From Gracilinanus agilis (lineage: Eukaryota), in contig NC_058130.1 of NCBI RefSeq assembly GCF_016433145.1, forward strand, positions 86,737,628-86,801,627: a stretch of 64,000 nucleotides of DNA. The letters are read 5' to 3'. The notes under the pieces are model-generated. The model worked only from the letters and a program-made list of their open reading frames with translations. It did no database searches and was not told the origin of the DNA. Every line of letters starts with the position of its first letter. Within the stretch, counting starts at the first letter, position 1. The position numbers were made by a program, and so were the translations under genes. Positions 12,925 to 26,100 of the stretch are shown piece by piece.

Positions 12925-13680
12925 GTAAGACCCAAAAGGAATGGGCAAGATTCATGTAGGTCTCTTAGGTTATCAGAGTTAGGGAAAGGGAGTCTTACCT
13001 TTAGTTTAGAAAAACATCATTTATTCCCTGTGTGCTTTCTGTTTCCTCACTGGTCTTCTGCATTTGGCAGCATTGTCTGGAGTACTGAGGATATATAATA
13101 CATAATAGATATGGCAAATGATCTGAGCAGGAAGAGAAGGCTCTTATCTAGTGGCTTTTTTTTCTTTCTCTGTGTGCATGTATATACATTTTTATTTTAA
13201 AATCTCAAAGCAGGTAGGATTTTCTCTGATTGACAGAACTTGGCTTATCTCTCCATGTATTGCTAATACAGATAAATAATAAAAGCTAGCCTTAATTTAG
13301 TGCTTTAAGTTATGCATAGCACTGTACAAATACTAAGTCAGTTTGAACCTTACAATAACCTTGTGAGGTAGCTATTATTTTTATTCCTCTTTTGTAGATG
13401 AGGAAACCAAGACTGAGAGATGTGAACATGTATATTCCTAAATTATATGGCATTACTTTTAAAAGTTTACTTCTCATAGCTTTAATTTTGTCTTTGTACA
13501 TGTAAAGATAGTTTTTAATAATAATACTAAGAAGAGCTGGTATTGTTATCATTATCCTTTGTTCTATTTATAGTGTCTTGGACAGGCTGGTAGATTCACT
13601 CTGACAATGATTTAGAGCTTGTTTACATTTACTTTTCCTTTTTTTCCCCATGAATTGGATTTGTTTTGGACATTTTTCAG

Positions 13681-13780
13681 GGTGGTAGCCTTGTCCATGT
13701 CACCAATAGATGATACTTTTATCTCTGGGTCCCTGGATAAAACCATCCGACTCTGGGATCTTCGGTCTCCTAACTGCCAG
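13681..13780 (+). CDS. WDR82: WDR82 coding exon 4
   Basis: ttttcag|; [33 protein letters not shown]; CAG|GTAAGT; 100 nt. Confidence 0.98.
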
Positions 13781-14764
13781 GTAAGTCATAAGAATTGACA
13801 GGTCCCAACAGTATTGTAAATCAGGGCTTTGATGAAATTGTAGGTTTTAGTACATTATTTAGTAGTTTACTTTGAAACTTACCCTTGAGTTAGAAAACCA
13901 TATAGCATTATTTCTCTTAAGTTTCAGTTTTTCCAAACCTTAAGCAACATTTATATCTCTTGTTATATTAGTTGATGTTGGTATGGTAGAAATATCTCTT
14001 CTCTGGGTCAATGTGGTGAGTAACTGCTACCAAATATATATGTACCTAAATGCAGAAATTATAGAGGTACCATAAACTAATATTTATTACTATGCTTTAG
14101 AATATAGGTTCAGGCCTCAGAGACAATCTGAACATCATTAGGATTCTCACCAGGCTTCTTAGAAGCAAAATTAGGTCAGAGTGACAGAAATGTGGTTCTT
14201 TTACTTATTGCAATCTTATTCATTCCTCTTAGAACCATAGAAATTAGAGAGAAGATAGATCCATAATCCCATACTTCCTTCATTGTCTTAAAAGTTGAGC
14301 ACTTTTAGAGTCATTTCCTATATCCCCTAAAGAAACAACTTCATCAAATAAACTCTAGGTAAAAAGTAAGTCAAGTTGTAGATTAAACTACACTTAGGGT
14401 TCACAAATAGACTGATTGAGGAGGAGGATTTACATTACTCCTAACCAAGGAGTTAGGAATTGAGATTCTTCCTCTCACTTCTTATCTAAAGAATGTTTAA
14501 TTACTCTTACATCTTTTGAGAAAGATGAGTTTAATGTGAAGACTAGGATTTTTAGTTTAACAAAAATTTGTGAGAGGAATGGTGGCCAGACCTGAGAAAA
14601 TCAAATTGTTTCTGATTTCCATTTTGTAATTGATTCTATTCTGTATCACCCCCAATATGCAAACATTGCTTAGGCCATGTTTCTGAGTTAAGTTGAGAAG
14701 TTCATTTTCCCTCTCTGAGCCAAATTGTTCCTAAATCACCTTAATTCTATAGGATTTAAGTCAT

Positions 14765-16900
14765 TGTCCAATACTCCAAATATTATATTTTATAAAGTTT
14801 ATTAATAATCACTTGAAATAGAAGGAATAAAAAGGAAATTGAAGTATAAAAACCCAATTATCTAACAAAAGTAAACCCATGTGAGTAAGTTCTCCCAGCT
14901 CTCAAAAAGCCCGTGTCCACAGCTGCCTGTGATCACAAGAAGAGAGCCTGAGAGACAGGGCTACACAAAATTTATATCCTGCCTACATCAGCATGTAACA
15001 TGAGAAGAAGGTTAGGATGCTGGGAATTGTAGTTCTGGGGTTCAGATTCCAATTACACAACCCCTCCCCCCTTGTGATTCCCATGGAAAATGAGCATGTG
15101 GAAATCTCCCAGATTTACATGCCTAGTTTCTCCATGGAATCAGTACACATAACCAACTTACATCTCTAAAGATCTTCAACTAGAGGTATATACAATATTG
15201 TACTTTCTAAGGGGAAATTGCAATAATTTGGGGATAAGAGGGAAATAAAAGAAAGAGAACAAAACTAATGATTGCTAGGCACAATGACAAAAAGCCAATT
15301 AGGGAGCAGTCCCTTTTGGCATAACAGTGTATATTCAAAATAAATGTGTTCAACCCCCCACAGTTCAATTTCACTACATCCCAAAGTTCATTCTGGACAT
15401 TTTGGTGCAGTGTGAGGTCTGCAGGCATCTCTATGGCGCTTTCTCCGAACCGTTCACTTTCTTGATTAGGGGAGGTAGCAAGTTTCTTATCCTAAAATTA
15501 CTCTCAAACAAGAAAATTTTTTATAAATCTAGAATTTTATGACAATTACACAATCCCCCTGAGGAGGTTGTTGACAAACACATCAATCTCCCTGAGATAC
15601 ATGACTTGAGTTATGAGGTATGTGAATCAATTGTTAAAAGGAAGTCAAAACGAAAAAAATCAAAATTAAATTGTATGTAAAAAAAAGAATAATCCCATAA
15701 CAAACCCTAGAATCAGGACCCAGTAAAGTGGTTTATGTCCCACAAACCTGTAGGACTATTGCAGCAATGTGCACTTACTCAATTAGCAGCCAGGACTACA
15801 GAAAATTGCCACACTATGAAAGATAGAAAAGGGACTAGATTTTTTTTTTTTAAGCAACTTTCTTTGAATCTGGCATGGGGAAATCCTGTGTCTGATGTCA
15901 AACAGTTCAAAGAAATAATTTGTTTCTACACATCTTGCTGCCCATGTACAATTTTTTTTTTGAACCTTTATTTTTTTTCTTAGTGACAGTTTTAAGAAAG
16001 AAGGGCAAGGGCTACTTGTAGACTTTCCAGGATCATACAGCTTGAGGCCAAATTTCAGGTCCTTCAGACTCTAGCCTAGTGCTCTGTCCTCTGTGTTACC
16101 TAGCTGCCTCCCCGTGTACAGTGAAGGGAGAGTTTGTTATCTGGCTTACAAGCCTTGTCAGGATGCAAGTGGACAACAAGAAGTCTGTTATCTCTGCAAA
16201 GTTGACTATTCTTCAAGAAAATCTGGACTGTTATAACACTATGCAGATGGATACCACCGGTGAACTTTCAATAGCATCAGGATGGAAGCTACCCCTGCAA
16301 TCCTTACTTCCATCTAACCATATTATTTTCCATCATCTATGATATCTCAGACTTTATAACCAATCATTGTTTTATGTTTCCTGTTCTTTGTTTCTCTTGT
16401 ACTTGACAAAACTATATAAAGCATAGTAAGCCCTATTTCATGGTCTTTTGACTAAGGATTTGAGAAATCCCTTTTACTGTGAATTGCTAACCTTAACAGT
16501 AAATTGAATGTGTTCAGCACTTTGTGCCACAGTTAACCTTAATTTCATTTGCTACACTCCTAATTAATAAAAGCAAATAAAAAATTCCTATAAAAATGGT
16601 AGCCTCATTTTGAGGTTCCTGGATGATAATTACCATTAGAACTGGCAACAAGGAAGAGAATCTGAATCTAGTATCGTATGCACAATATATACTATGTCCC
16701 ACCAGTGCTTGTTGTCTTAATTGGGATTTCCTGGAACTTTGGAGAAATAGCCTTTTTATGTTCAATTCCAGCTGTATTTGGCAGCCAGCATAAAATCTTA
16801 AGTATAAGAGAATATACTTATGTCAAACATCAAGGGTGTGACTCTGTCCTCCTCCCTCCCAAATTTCAGGTTGTCAAGAGGTAAATATTATTCAGGATGA
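14765..16900 (-). mobile_element. ERV remnant (3' LTR about 14765-15059 plus degenerate internal sequence), antisense in WDR82 intron 4
   Basis: Polypurine tract (plus CCCCTCCCCCCTT 15061-15073) abutting a TG start on -; AATAAA on - at 14798-14803; internal extent uncertain. Confidence 0.5.
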
Positions 16901-16970
16901 ATCCTGTGGGAGCCCCATGGGTCTGTGAGCAAAATAACTAACTGTGGATTCTTAAAATTTCTTCCTATAG

Positions 16971-17087
16971 GGCCTAATGCATCTCCAAGGAAAACCAGTT
17001 TGTTCTTTTGATCCAGAAGGGTTGATTTTTGCTGCTGGGGTCAATTCTGAAATGGTTAAACTTTATGATCTTCGTTCTTTTGATAAG
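16971..17087 (+). CDS. WDR82: WDR82 coding exon 5
   Basis: cctatag|; [39 protein letters not shown]; AAG|GTAAAA; 117 nt. Confidence 0.98.
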
Positions 17088-17658
17088 GTAAAATGTTGAT
17101 TTTTTTTTTCCCATTCTATCCCAACATTTCCTACATTTAGAATGGGGTTTGGCAATAGTAGAGGATAGAAGAATTTAGTTGTGAAAATTGTGGTATTTTA
17201 AAGTAATGAATAGACTCATTTTAATATATGTACCTTCCATTGCAATTTTTCTTGTTTTGGGTTACCATCAAGTAGCAGTTATATGGAGTTTATATAGCTT
17301 TCCAAAATTTGAATTTAACTCTTATCTTACGTTATCTTGTTTTGTTGGGCAAGAGGGAAATATAGGTTATTCTCTTTCTCTTTCCTGTTCCTTAAAAAGC
17401 ACTTTGATCTTTTAAAAAGACCACTGCACTTCTAAAACATATTCAGGTTTTCTGTATCATAATATCTTTAAAATAGGACTTAAGTTTATATTCTCCAACT
17501 CACAGAGGAAAGTGCTTTGTAAACTGTAAAGAACTGTATAAATGTGAGTTACTGTTTTTAGCTAAAAAAGAATTTAAGTGTCACCAAAGTTTCATTATCA
17601 AAAGTAATTATGATCCAATATTATCTTATGAATCTAATTTTTTATTTTCTATTTGAAG

Positions 17659-17814
17659 GGACCATTTGCTACCTTCAAAATGCAGTATGATAGGAACTGT
17701 GAGTGGACAGGCTTAAAGTTCAGCAATGATGGCAAACTCATCCTTATATCTACGAATGGCAGTTTCATTCGCCTGATTGATGCATTTAAGGGAGCAGTAA
17801 TGCATACATTTGGG
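17659..17814 (+). CDS. WDR82: WDR82 coding exon 6
   Basis: tttgaag|; [52 protein letters not shown]; GGG|GTGAGT; 156 nt. Confidence 0.98.
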
Positions 17815-18213
17815 GTGAGTTTATAGTCTTGAAATTGCAAACTGTTTATTCTTCAGGCTATTGTCTCATTAAGATAAATGAATTTTTAGTTGCCTTCTGT
17901 TTAGCTGGTTTATGGCTAGTGAGTTGGAGAGTGGGGTTAATCATGTTTATGTGTGAAATTAGAGTATTCGCATAGAAGTTTACTTTTTTTGTTTTGTTAA
18001 CCCTTTCCTCTCATCTAATGCCTATAAAACACAATAAAGAATAGTGAAGGTAGATTGTGACCTTTATAAAAATACTAAGATATTGGAGGTGAACATCAAG
18101 AGAAAGTTATGATTAAACTTTCCTGGATGGTGGGTATAGTTAGAGATGGCAGCTGTCGGTGAGTTTATTTTAAATCTATAATGAGAACAGTTCTTTTGTC
18201 CTTTTGTTTTTAG

Positions 18214-18283
18214 GGGTATAACAACAGTAAAGCTGTCACATTGGAGGCTTCCTTCACTCCAGATTCTCAGTTTATTATGATTG
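18214..18283 (+). CDS. WDR82: WDR82 coding exon 7
   Basis: tttttag|; [23 protein letters not shown](G); G|GTAAGA; 70 nt. Confidence 0.98.
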
Positions 18284-19242
18284 GTAAGATGTTTCCCTTC
18301 CTTTTTATAACTTTGACTTAAAGACTTTGAGTTCTCAATTCTTCTAGAGATTGTCTGGCATTAATTATTAAAGTGATATTAATAATTACTTATGGAAATG
18401 TTTTATGTGCTGATGAGATCATAAATGAAGTGTGGTTAGATCTGGGCACCAGAATTTTAGCAAGGATCATGATATAGATCTCCATATTATATATGGATTA
18501 ATTGAAGTAACTAGGGTGTTTAGCCTAAGAAAAGACTTTCAAGGGGTGAGGTATGCTAATTATCTTTTGGCCTGTTAAGGACTATCTGGTACTTTGGGAT
18601 TATATTTATTCTGTATCAGGGAAGAATGAATATTGATGGGTGGGAGCTGTAAAGAAGTATACTTAAATTTTTATCATAAGGAAGAATGTCCTAACAGAAT
18701 TATCCAGAAATTGAATGGTTTGCTCTAGGGCAGGACTTCATCAGAGGTCTTAAGAGCAAAGCCTGGACTATTGCATTTCAGATAGAGAGGATTCTTATTT
18801 AGGTGTGCACTGGAGTAGAGTGAGATATCCTGATGTGCCGTCTGTGAATTCGTTTTTCAATATTATGACAACTATACTTCAATATTTATTTTATTTCATG
18901 CATTTAAAAACATCAATTTAAGAAGGGCTCCAGAGACTTCACCAGATGTCAAAAAGGATGCATATAGTACAAAGATGGTTCAGAACCTCTGGTCTATGGA
19001 ACCTCTTAAGGTTATAAACCAGTGACAGAGGGTGGGTAGTGCCCTCAAAAAAAAAGACATTTAGGAGAGATTCAAGATGTAGAGTAATGGTGGAGAAAAA
19101 TGATTACTGTTTTGGAAATAATTAACACTCTTGAGATAATAAGGTAGAAATGACCACCAGTATGCAGTTGATTTTTGTGGGCATAGAACTTTCATGAAAA
19201 GTTTTCTCTCCCTCTTTATCCTAGTCTTGTTATCTGAATAGA

Positions 19243-19244
<2 letters not shown>

Positions 19245-19285
<41 letters not shown>

Positions 19286-19365
19286 CTTACCTTCCTTCTT
19301 AGAATCAATACTACATATTGGTTCTAAGGCAGAAGGAAGAATGGCAAGGGCTAGGCAATGGGGGT
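19245..19365 (-). mobile_element. 5'-truncated SINE1_Mdo-like copy with 37-nt poly(A) tail
   Basis: T-run 19245-19281 followed by AACCCTTACCTTCCTTCTTAGAATCAATAC; another copy at about 19760-19882 (-). Confidence 0.8.
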
Positions 19366-20607
19366 TTGATAAGGTCAAAGAGATGTTAGGATGAGAAAAG
19401 TGAGAAAAGAGCCATGAATAAATGTTGGGGTCTGGCCCAGAGAGAAAGAAGCTATGAATAATTTTCATAGAGATACCTCTGTGTTCTGAAGGCCACAGCA
19501 AAGCTGTCCATTAAAACAAACAGGGGGATATCTGGGAATGAACTATGGCCCCTGGGATTGTTTGGGTTTGTAGAGAAACCCTAGAAATGTTTCGAGCAAT
19601 GCTTTTACATAAACAATGTTTTCTGGGAAAGAAACACCTCCTAAATATGATGTAATGCTTAGCATTCTATTCTCTATTAAAATCATTCTCATATTTATAA
19701 TAAATGGAGTTTATGTATAACCCATGTCTGTTACTTTTTCTCTCAGTTTCAAAACCCAAACATCAACAGGGCTTAAGTGACTTGCCCAGGATCACACACT
19801 TAGGAAGTGCCTGAGGTCAAATTTGAACCTAGTACCTGTCTCTAGGCCTGAATCTCAATTCACTGAGCTATCCAGCTGCCCCTAGAAGATTTTTTTTTAA
19901 ACAAAAACTTGATCTTTGCTAAAGTTGGTACCAGTGCTATTATCTATAAACACTGTGAAGTTGTAGGAAAGTACAACTAACAGTATAACTTGATCTTGAC
20001 CATTTGTTTGTCATTAATGAGAAGTAGCTTGGATGTTCATGGTTGAATATAGAATCCAAGAACAGTATGTCCCCAAACTCATGGTTCTCTTTTAAGCTAT
20101 TAACCAGATTGAAGACTTTGGGGATGCTCTGTAAGATATTTTTGTTCCATTTTGCTGCTGCATAAGAATATTTTAGTTATGGATTCTATCAACGCAAATA
20201 AGTCCATTAAGCCAAATTTCCTAGCTAGGTAGAATGTGATAAAATTAGATTTTTAGGACTAGTACTGGATTGTACACTTCAGTAACATTTTCAAGCAAGG
20301 TAAAGTTAAGTATTCAACATAAAAAGGTGTATCATTCCAATCAGTAAACTAGGTAAGAAAGGTAATATATGCTATACTCCCTTTCAGATGAGATCTTTTA
20401 GTTGTTTCTAGTAATTGAATATCCCTCCTCTTAGAGACTGATGCCAGAAACTGAATGAGGCACTCCTTTCTCAATTGCTGCTTTTTTTTTTCTTTTTTCA
20501 GCAGGATATTAGAATGAGGCTTTTGACGGGGCTTTCTGAAGACTTTGTGTTTTCCCCTTGTTGTATTTCTAGAATTTAATGCAGTTGTTTTTATTCCTTA
20601 TCTCTAG

Positions 20608-20750
20608 GCTCAGATGATGGTAAGATTCACGTCTGGAATGGAGAAAGTGGCATAAAGGTGGCTGTGTTGGATGGGAAACATACTGGTCCCATAACCTGTT
20701 TGCAATTCAATCCCAAGTTCATGACCTTTGCCAGTGCATGTTCTAACATG
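20608..20750 (+). CDS. WDR82: WDR82 coding exon 8
   Basis: ctctag|; [47 protein letters not shown]; ATG|GTAAGT; 143 nt. Confidence 0.98.
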
Positions 20751-20999
20751 GTAAGTGTAATGAAATGCATAGCCTCAGGTAATACCCAAACAGGATTTTT
20801 GCTGGGTCCCAAGAATAGGTCTCCTACAAAGTTAATGGCCCTGGATTAGGATTCATTGCTATCCTTTATTTTATTTCCCATGGTACCCTTCTCCATGCTT
20901 TTCAGCTCACATGACCAACCATGGTAATGTACACATGTTATTCACTGTGTGTATAATTTATAGTTTCACATTAAGCCAATTCAAGCTATCAAGGAGTTG

Positions 21000-22230
21000 G
21001 GTAAAGTGTTACTCAGTCTCTTCCTGGCTTCCTTGTATTACCTGGCTGCTGAAACTTTATCCTTTAGAGTCATCTCCTTTCTTGCTTAGTTCATCTATTT
21101 ATCTCCAGTCCAAGATTGAGTTCTTTCTGCTCTCTTGATGCCTAGAAATCTCCAACAACTAACCCTTCCTTGAATGTCATGGAAAATCCTTCTCCCAAGC
21201 AACATTAGAATAGAATAGATACCCTACAGTACTGTACTTATTCCTACATCTACCTATAACCTGAATTAGGGAGGGAGTGGGGACAGGGCAAGGATTTTTA
21301 CTACAGAATTTACCCCACAATATATACTCCCCTTTTCCTTGCCAGAACTTCCTGGCATGTCAGTACTATTGGAACCTCTGCTGGTCCAACCTTTTCTCTT
21401 TACAAAAGAGGAAGCAAAAATTGACTTCCTTCATAGAGTTTAGTGACAGAGGGAAGATTAGAATTCTGGTTCACTTTGACTTAAAATTAAGTTCTTTCTA
21501 CTATACCAGTTTGTCATCTCAACATCAGAGTTCTCATGTTTCCCTCACCTTACAAATCTAATCAGTTACCAAATCTTTTCAGTTCTACCTTCATAGCATT
21601 CCTCAGTATATTCCTCACCCATGCAATTAGCACGTTAGTTCAGACCCTCATCACCTCTCACCTAGATTGTTGCAATAGCTTCCTGATTTTTATCTCCTTT
21701 CCTCAGATTTTTCACCACTCCTATCCAACTTTCCATATTGCTGATAAAATGCTTTTCCTTAACTCCAGTGGCTTCCTATTGCTTTCAGGATCAAATACGA
21801 ACAACTGTTTAGTTTTCAAAGCTTTGACCCCCAACATGTCTTTCTGGCCATAGTGAATATCACTCACCCTCTTTGATCCAGTCAAACTGGCTTTCCTCTG
21901 TCCCTCACAAACACCAGGTTCCATCTCTCATCTTTGTCCCTTGTACTTTCCATGGTCCATACCTGAAATGCATTTGTACATATGCCTTATAAAGTCCCTG
22001 ATTTTTTTTTAAGATGCAGTTTAAGCAATACCTTTTTCGATTTCCCTTTCCTCTCTCCCTTCTTCATAGTGCCCTGCCATCCAATCTACCTTACATTTAA
22101 CTACTTGGTATATATTTGCATATGTATTCTTTATAAGCTCCTGGTGAGTGGTGATTGTTTCATTATTTGGATTTTATTCTTGCTACATAGCTCAGTGCTT
22201 GGCATATAAGTAGGTACTTCATAAATACTG
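21000..22230 (+). mobile_element. LINE-2 3' fragment in WDR82 intron 8
   Basis: L2-like ORF remnant TLVQTLITSHLDCCNSFL and L2 terminus GGCATATAAGTAGGTACTTCATAAATACTG. Confidence 0.75.
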
Positions 22231-22549
22231 ATGATGAATGAAGGCAGGATCACAGAGTCAATGTGTTTGACACCTATTCCCATCTTTTCCCCTGCCCAAA
22301 TACCTGGTTTTCAATCCTGATTCTTTCACTTAATATTGTCTTCTCCTTACCCCCCCACCCCCAATCCTAGAATGTTAGTATTGTTAGAGACCTCATTTTA
22401 CAAAAAAGGAAACAAATTGCTGAAAATTCAGATTTGGCCATGTCCCTCATGCTTTAGAGGTATGCAGAAGCCTTTGGTATTAAATACAGAAAGCCTGTAC
22501 CATCCATCCTGCTTTGCTCAGAACTGAAATAATTTTCTTCTCCTTCCAG

Positions 22550-22579
22550 GCATTCTGGCTGCCCACCATTGATGACTGA
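22550..22579 (+). CDS. WDR82: WDR82 coding exon 9 (last), ends in TGA
   Basis: ccttccag|GCA TTC TGG CTG CCC ACC ATT GAT GAC TGA = AFWLPTIDD*; exon sum 942 nt = 313 aa + stop. Confidence 0.98.
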   Translation, partial: AFWLPTIDD

Positions 22580-25500
22580 TCATTTATCAACAGCGTCTGC
22601 ACATTGAAGGGCAGCCAGTAAGAGGAGAAAAGGGACTGAGTATTGGGATTATGTTGTTCTCCTGTCCTGAAGCATCCTTCTACCCAGCCCTTTTTGTGGA
22701 CATTGCTATACATCATTTTTTAAAAAGTCTCCTTTGCTGCATTCCTTCAAAAAGGACACTTGGTGCTGCAGACCTGAAGTTGGATCCAGATTTTCTAGCT
22801 GTTGCCTGTATCAAGCTCCTCCTGAGGGGTGAGCTGTGTCAGGCTCATGGGCATCAGTGTGGACCCTTGGCATAGCCTCCTCTTTTGAATGTATAGGGAG
22901 CCTATAAAATCTTGACTCCACATATTTTCTTTCCTGCACCCTGTCCCCATAAATGCATGGAAATCTAGTTCTGGTTTTGAGGTACTAGTGCAGTTTCCCC
23001 TTTTCCCTCTGCATGTGTCATGATTGAATTTTCCCAGTATTGTTGTGGCTTTATTCCATAGCCATCATGTTTCTTCTGTGCCAAAAGTTTAAAAATAGTC
23101 AATTCAGATGTCTTAGGTACAGAGGGAAGGACAGAGCTATGTAAGGTCTTGGTTTGCAAGGAACTCAAGGAACTCTGCAGACTTAGGGTGAGGGTGCCAG
23201 GTATGGACTTAGTTGTGTGGCTAACTCAACCTGGCTCAGTCTGTTTCTCACTTATGGGGAGTGTAGAAAGAGGCCAGGGAGTCTTGAAGAGGTGACAGGT
23301 CAAGTGCCTCCAGCAGTCAAGGAGGCTTACCTCCTTAGCAGACAGGGGGCCAGCCCTGTGTAAGCAAATGGCAGCTGAGCTGGGATGCAGCTAGGTTGTC
23401 TCTGTCCAATGATCTTTTCTGTGTACATATTTATGAGGTGGGGTGGGGGTGGGAGCCTATTTTTTTACTTTAGAAATCAATAACTATTTCATGTGGGCCA
23501 GTATTGTGGAATGAGTCCAAATTGTTTACACTGATGCTTTCTTTCCTCTACCCCTTCCCTCACCCCCCAAAAATCCTGTAAATAACCTGCAGATAGTCTT
23601 ACCCCTTTCTCCAGCACCCAAACTACAAAGCTGATTCTGGGCTTGTATTTTTGTTAGTGTCTAACCTTTTTTATATGACTTTTTTCTTATTTTACATTTC
23701 AGTTCTGTGTGTGCACCTTTATTTTAAAACAAAAAAACTACACATTGTAACATCAGGCTTTAGTACAATAGCCTTATAATCTCTTGTTCTCACCTGATTC
23801 TTGGTGTTGTTGGTTCTTTAGCTAGGCCACAGGAGAAATGCTTTCACCTTCAAGATGAGGAACAGCCTGTTTTTCTGCCTGGGAGTGTTGCCATAAGTGT
23901 TAGAAAGTTTTCCCTCTTTTCCTTTTTCCGTTTCTTGGAGGACAAACACGGTTACTGCCTAGCCTGGAGGCCATTGATTGGCTTCCTTAGGTGATTGCTG
24001 GCAAACTCTACTCTGTATTTTCCAAGCTTTTATAGTGGAAAACTCTCCAGTATTAGTCCCTGTTGTACTCTAGCCCATTCTGTCTTTGCGCATGTGGTGT
24101 GAACAAAAGTCACTCTGCATGATAATGTCTCAGAAATTGTGATTCCCAAACTAGTGGTTTCAGTTTGTAAATAGCCTCTGTGCTAATTATATTGTGCACA
24201 CTTATGCTCTTATCTGTGTTCTTTGCATTCCTTTTGGGGTAAATAAGGGAAAATTATGTTCCTCTTGTGTTAAGGGTAGAAGTTAGTATGTGGTGGGAAG
24301 GCCCAATAGAAGAGGCACATTTCAACTGAGGTGCATACATATGCCTCCTGTATATTGTATCAGAGGTGTGGGTTGTCTGTTTAAAAGGTAATGCACTGGG
24401 CTCTTATTGCCCCGAGCCACCATCAGGTTTGAGTAGGAAATCAAGGGGTAAGATGAACAGTTCTGGAGTAATCATTATTTAGTCTTGCTTTTTTAACAAG
24501 ACAGGGTTCCTCTCTTGCTTGATATACCTTCCACAAGAGTGACTGTCTAGATGTAGTTCGTTTCCCTTGTCTCAGAGTGTTAGAACAGAATGAGTATTCA
24601 AGGAACTTCTGATGAAGGGTACAATATAGAGATAACTGTTTAGGTCATGAGGATGGTACCTGTTTTGAAGAACGCAGTTCATGGTAAAGGTGTTTGGAAG
24701 GGACTGAGCAGTTCTGGGGAAGTCACAGTGCTTATAGGATTAGGTGTATAGGCCAGGGACAGCAAGAGGCTGTGAGTTCTGTACCATTTTAGAAGAAGCC
24801 AGGGGATGGACAGGGGAAGTAGAGTTGAAAGGTTTTTATCAACTTGGGATGGAAATTAGGCCTACCAACCAAATAAACTACCTTTCTTTTTAAAGGTCAA
24901 ATCATCTACTGAAATGTATTTGTTAATATTATTGGGGATATATTTTTGTGGTTACCATAAGGCCCAGCTTGCTGCACCCACCAGGACACCTACAGGTTGC
25001 TCCAAGCACCCCACTCCATCCCCTTATTTTTCTCCTATTCAAATCTCTTATGAACCTAAAAATCCTTTTTTATAGCCTTTGACCCATCCCTAACAAGTAC
25101 TGTGGGTGTACTAAATCTTCTCCAAAGCTGCAGAGCTGATAGGTGAGCCTGTGGGCATAATTACTCAGTCTGGGGGAATTTAGGACATAATTGGAAAGAA
25201 GTGTCTTCTGGTAATTTGCATTTCAGTGGCACTTTGATCCTTGACACTTCCTGTGATGCAAGGAAGACTAGAAGGCCAAAGCTGAGTGAAGGGACAAGTT
25301 GGGCAGAGGCAGACTGCTTTGGGTGGCCAGGATTGTGGATGATCTTCAGGAGGGAGGCCATTGTGATAATCGGTTGGAACATATTACCGGCTACCTGGCA
25401 CCTAGAGTATAGTGGCAGGGGAAGTGACTGAAGAAATTAAACACAGATAGGAATTCTGGTGAATTGAACATCTACATAAATTTTTACCTTATAAAGTTTA

Positions 25501-26100
25501 GGGGGCAGTTAGGTGACTCAGTGGATTGAGAGCCAGGCCTAGAGACAGGAGGTCCTGGGTTCAAATCTGGTCTCAGACACTTCCTAGCTGTGTGACCCTG
25601 AGCAAGTCTCTTAACCCCCATTGCCTAGCCCTTACCACTCTTCTGCCTTGGAACCGATACACAGTATTGAAGGTAAGGATTAAAAAAAAAAAAAAGTTTA
25701 GCAAAAACAGCCAATACTGACCCTGGGCAAGTCACTTGACCCCCATTGCCTACCCTTATACCACTCTTCTGACTTGGAGCCAATACACAGTATTGACTCC
25801 AAGACAGAAGGTAAGGGTTAAAAAACAAAACAAACAAACAAAAAAATCAGCCAATACTTCATCTGTCAGACATGCAATATGCCATATACTTAGGTCTAAT
25901 GTGATGAAGAGAGGGAGGTAATATTTTTTCAACTTTTCACCAGGGCCTTGTTGGGTCATATATTTAATTAAAATATTTGAAAATCGATCTAACCTCTCCC
26001 TACCCCAAAGGGATCAGGATAATATGAGCTCTTTTTAATGATAGCATTATCAAGCATTTATGGGTACATTAGTAAACTGCTGTTCTTTCAATCCTTATAT
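22580..26100 (+). other. WDR82: Putative long WDR82 3'UTR; candidate polyA signals AATAAA 24872-24877 and AGTAAA 26071-26076
   Basis: Largely repeat-free sequence after the stop codon; signals seen in sequence; true 3' end not determinable. Confidence 0.5.
25502..25858 (+). mobile_element. Tandem SINE1_Mdo-like pair (full 25502-25695; 5'-truncated 25719-25845)
   Basis: GGGGCAGTTAGGTGACTCAGTGG head; TSDs AAAGTTTAG and CAGCCAATACT (25708-25718 / 25848-25858). Confidence 0.9.

Noticed and set aside
23041-23066. TGTGGCTTTATTCCATAGCCA, resembling miR-135 (a syntenic neighbour in human)
   Set aside because: Only a 5-bp stem and partial identity; not a pre-miRNA. GLYCTK/miR-135a-1 were not found in this window
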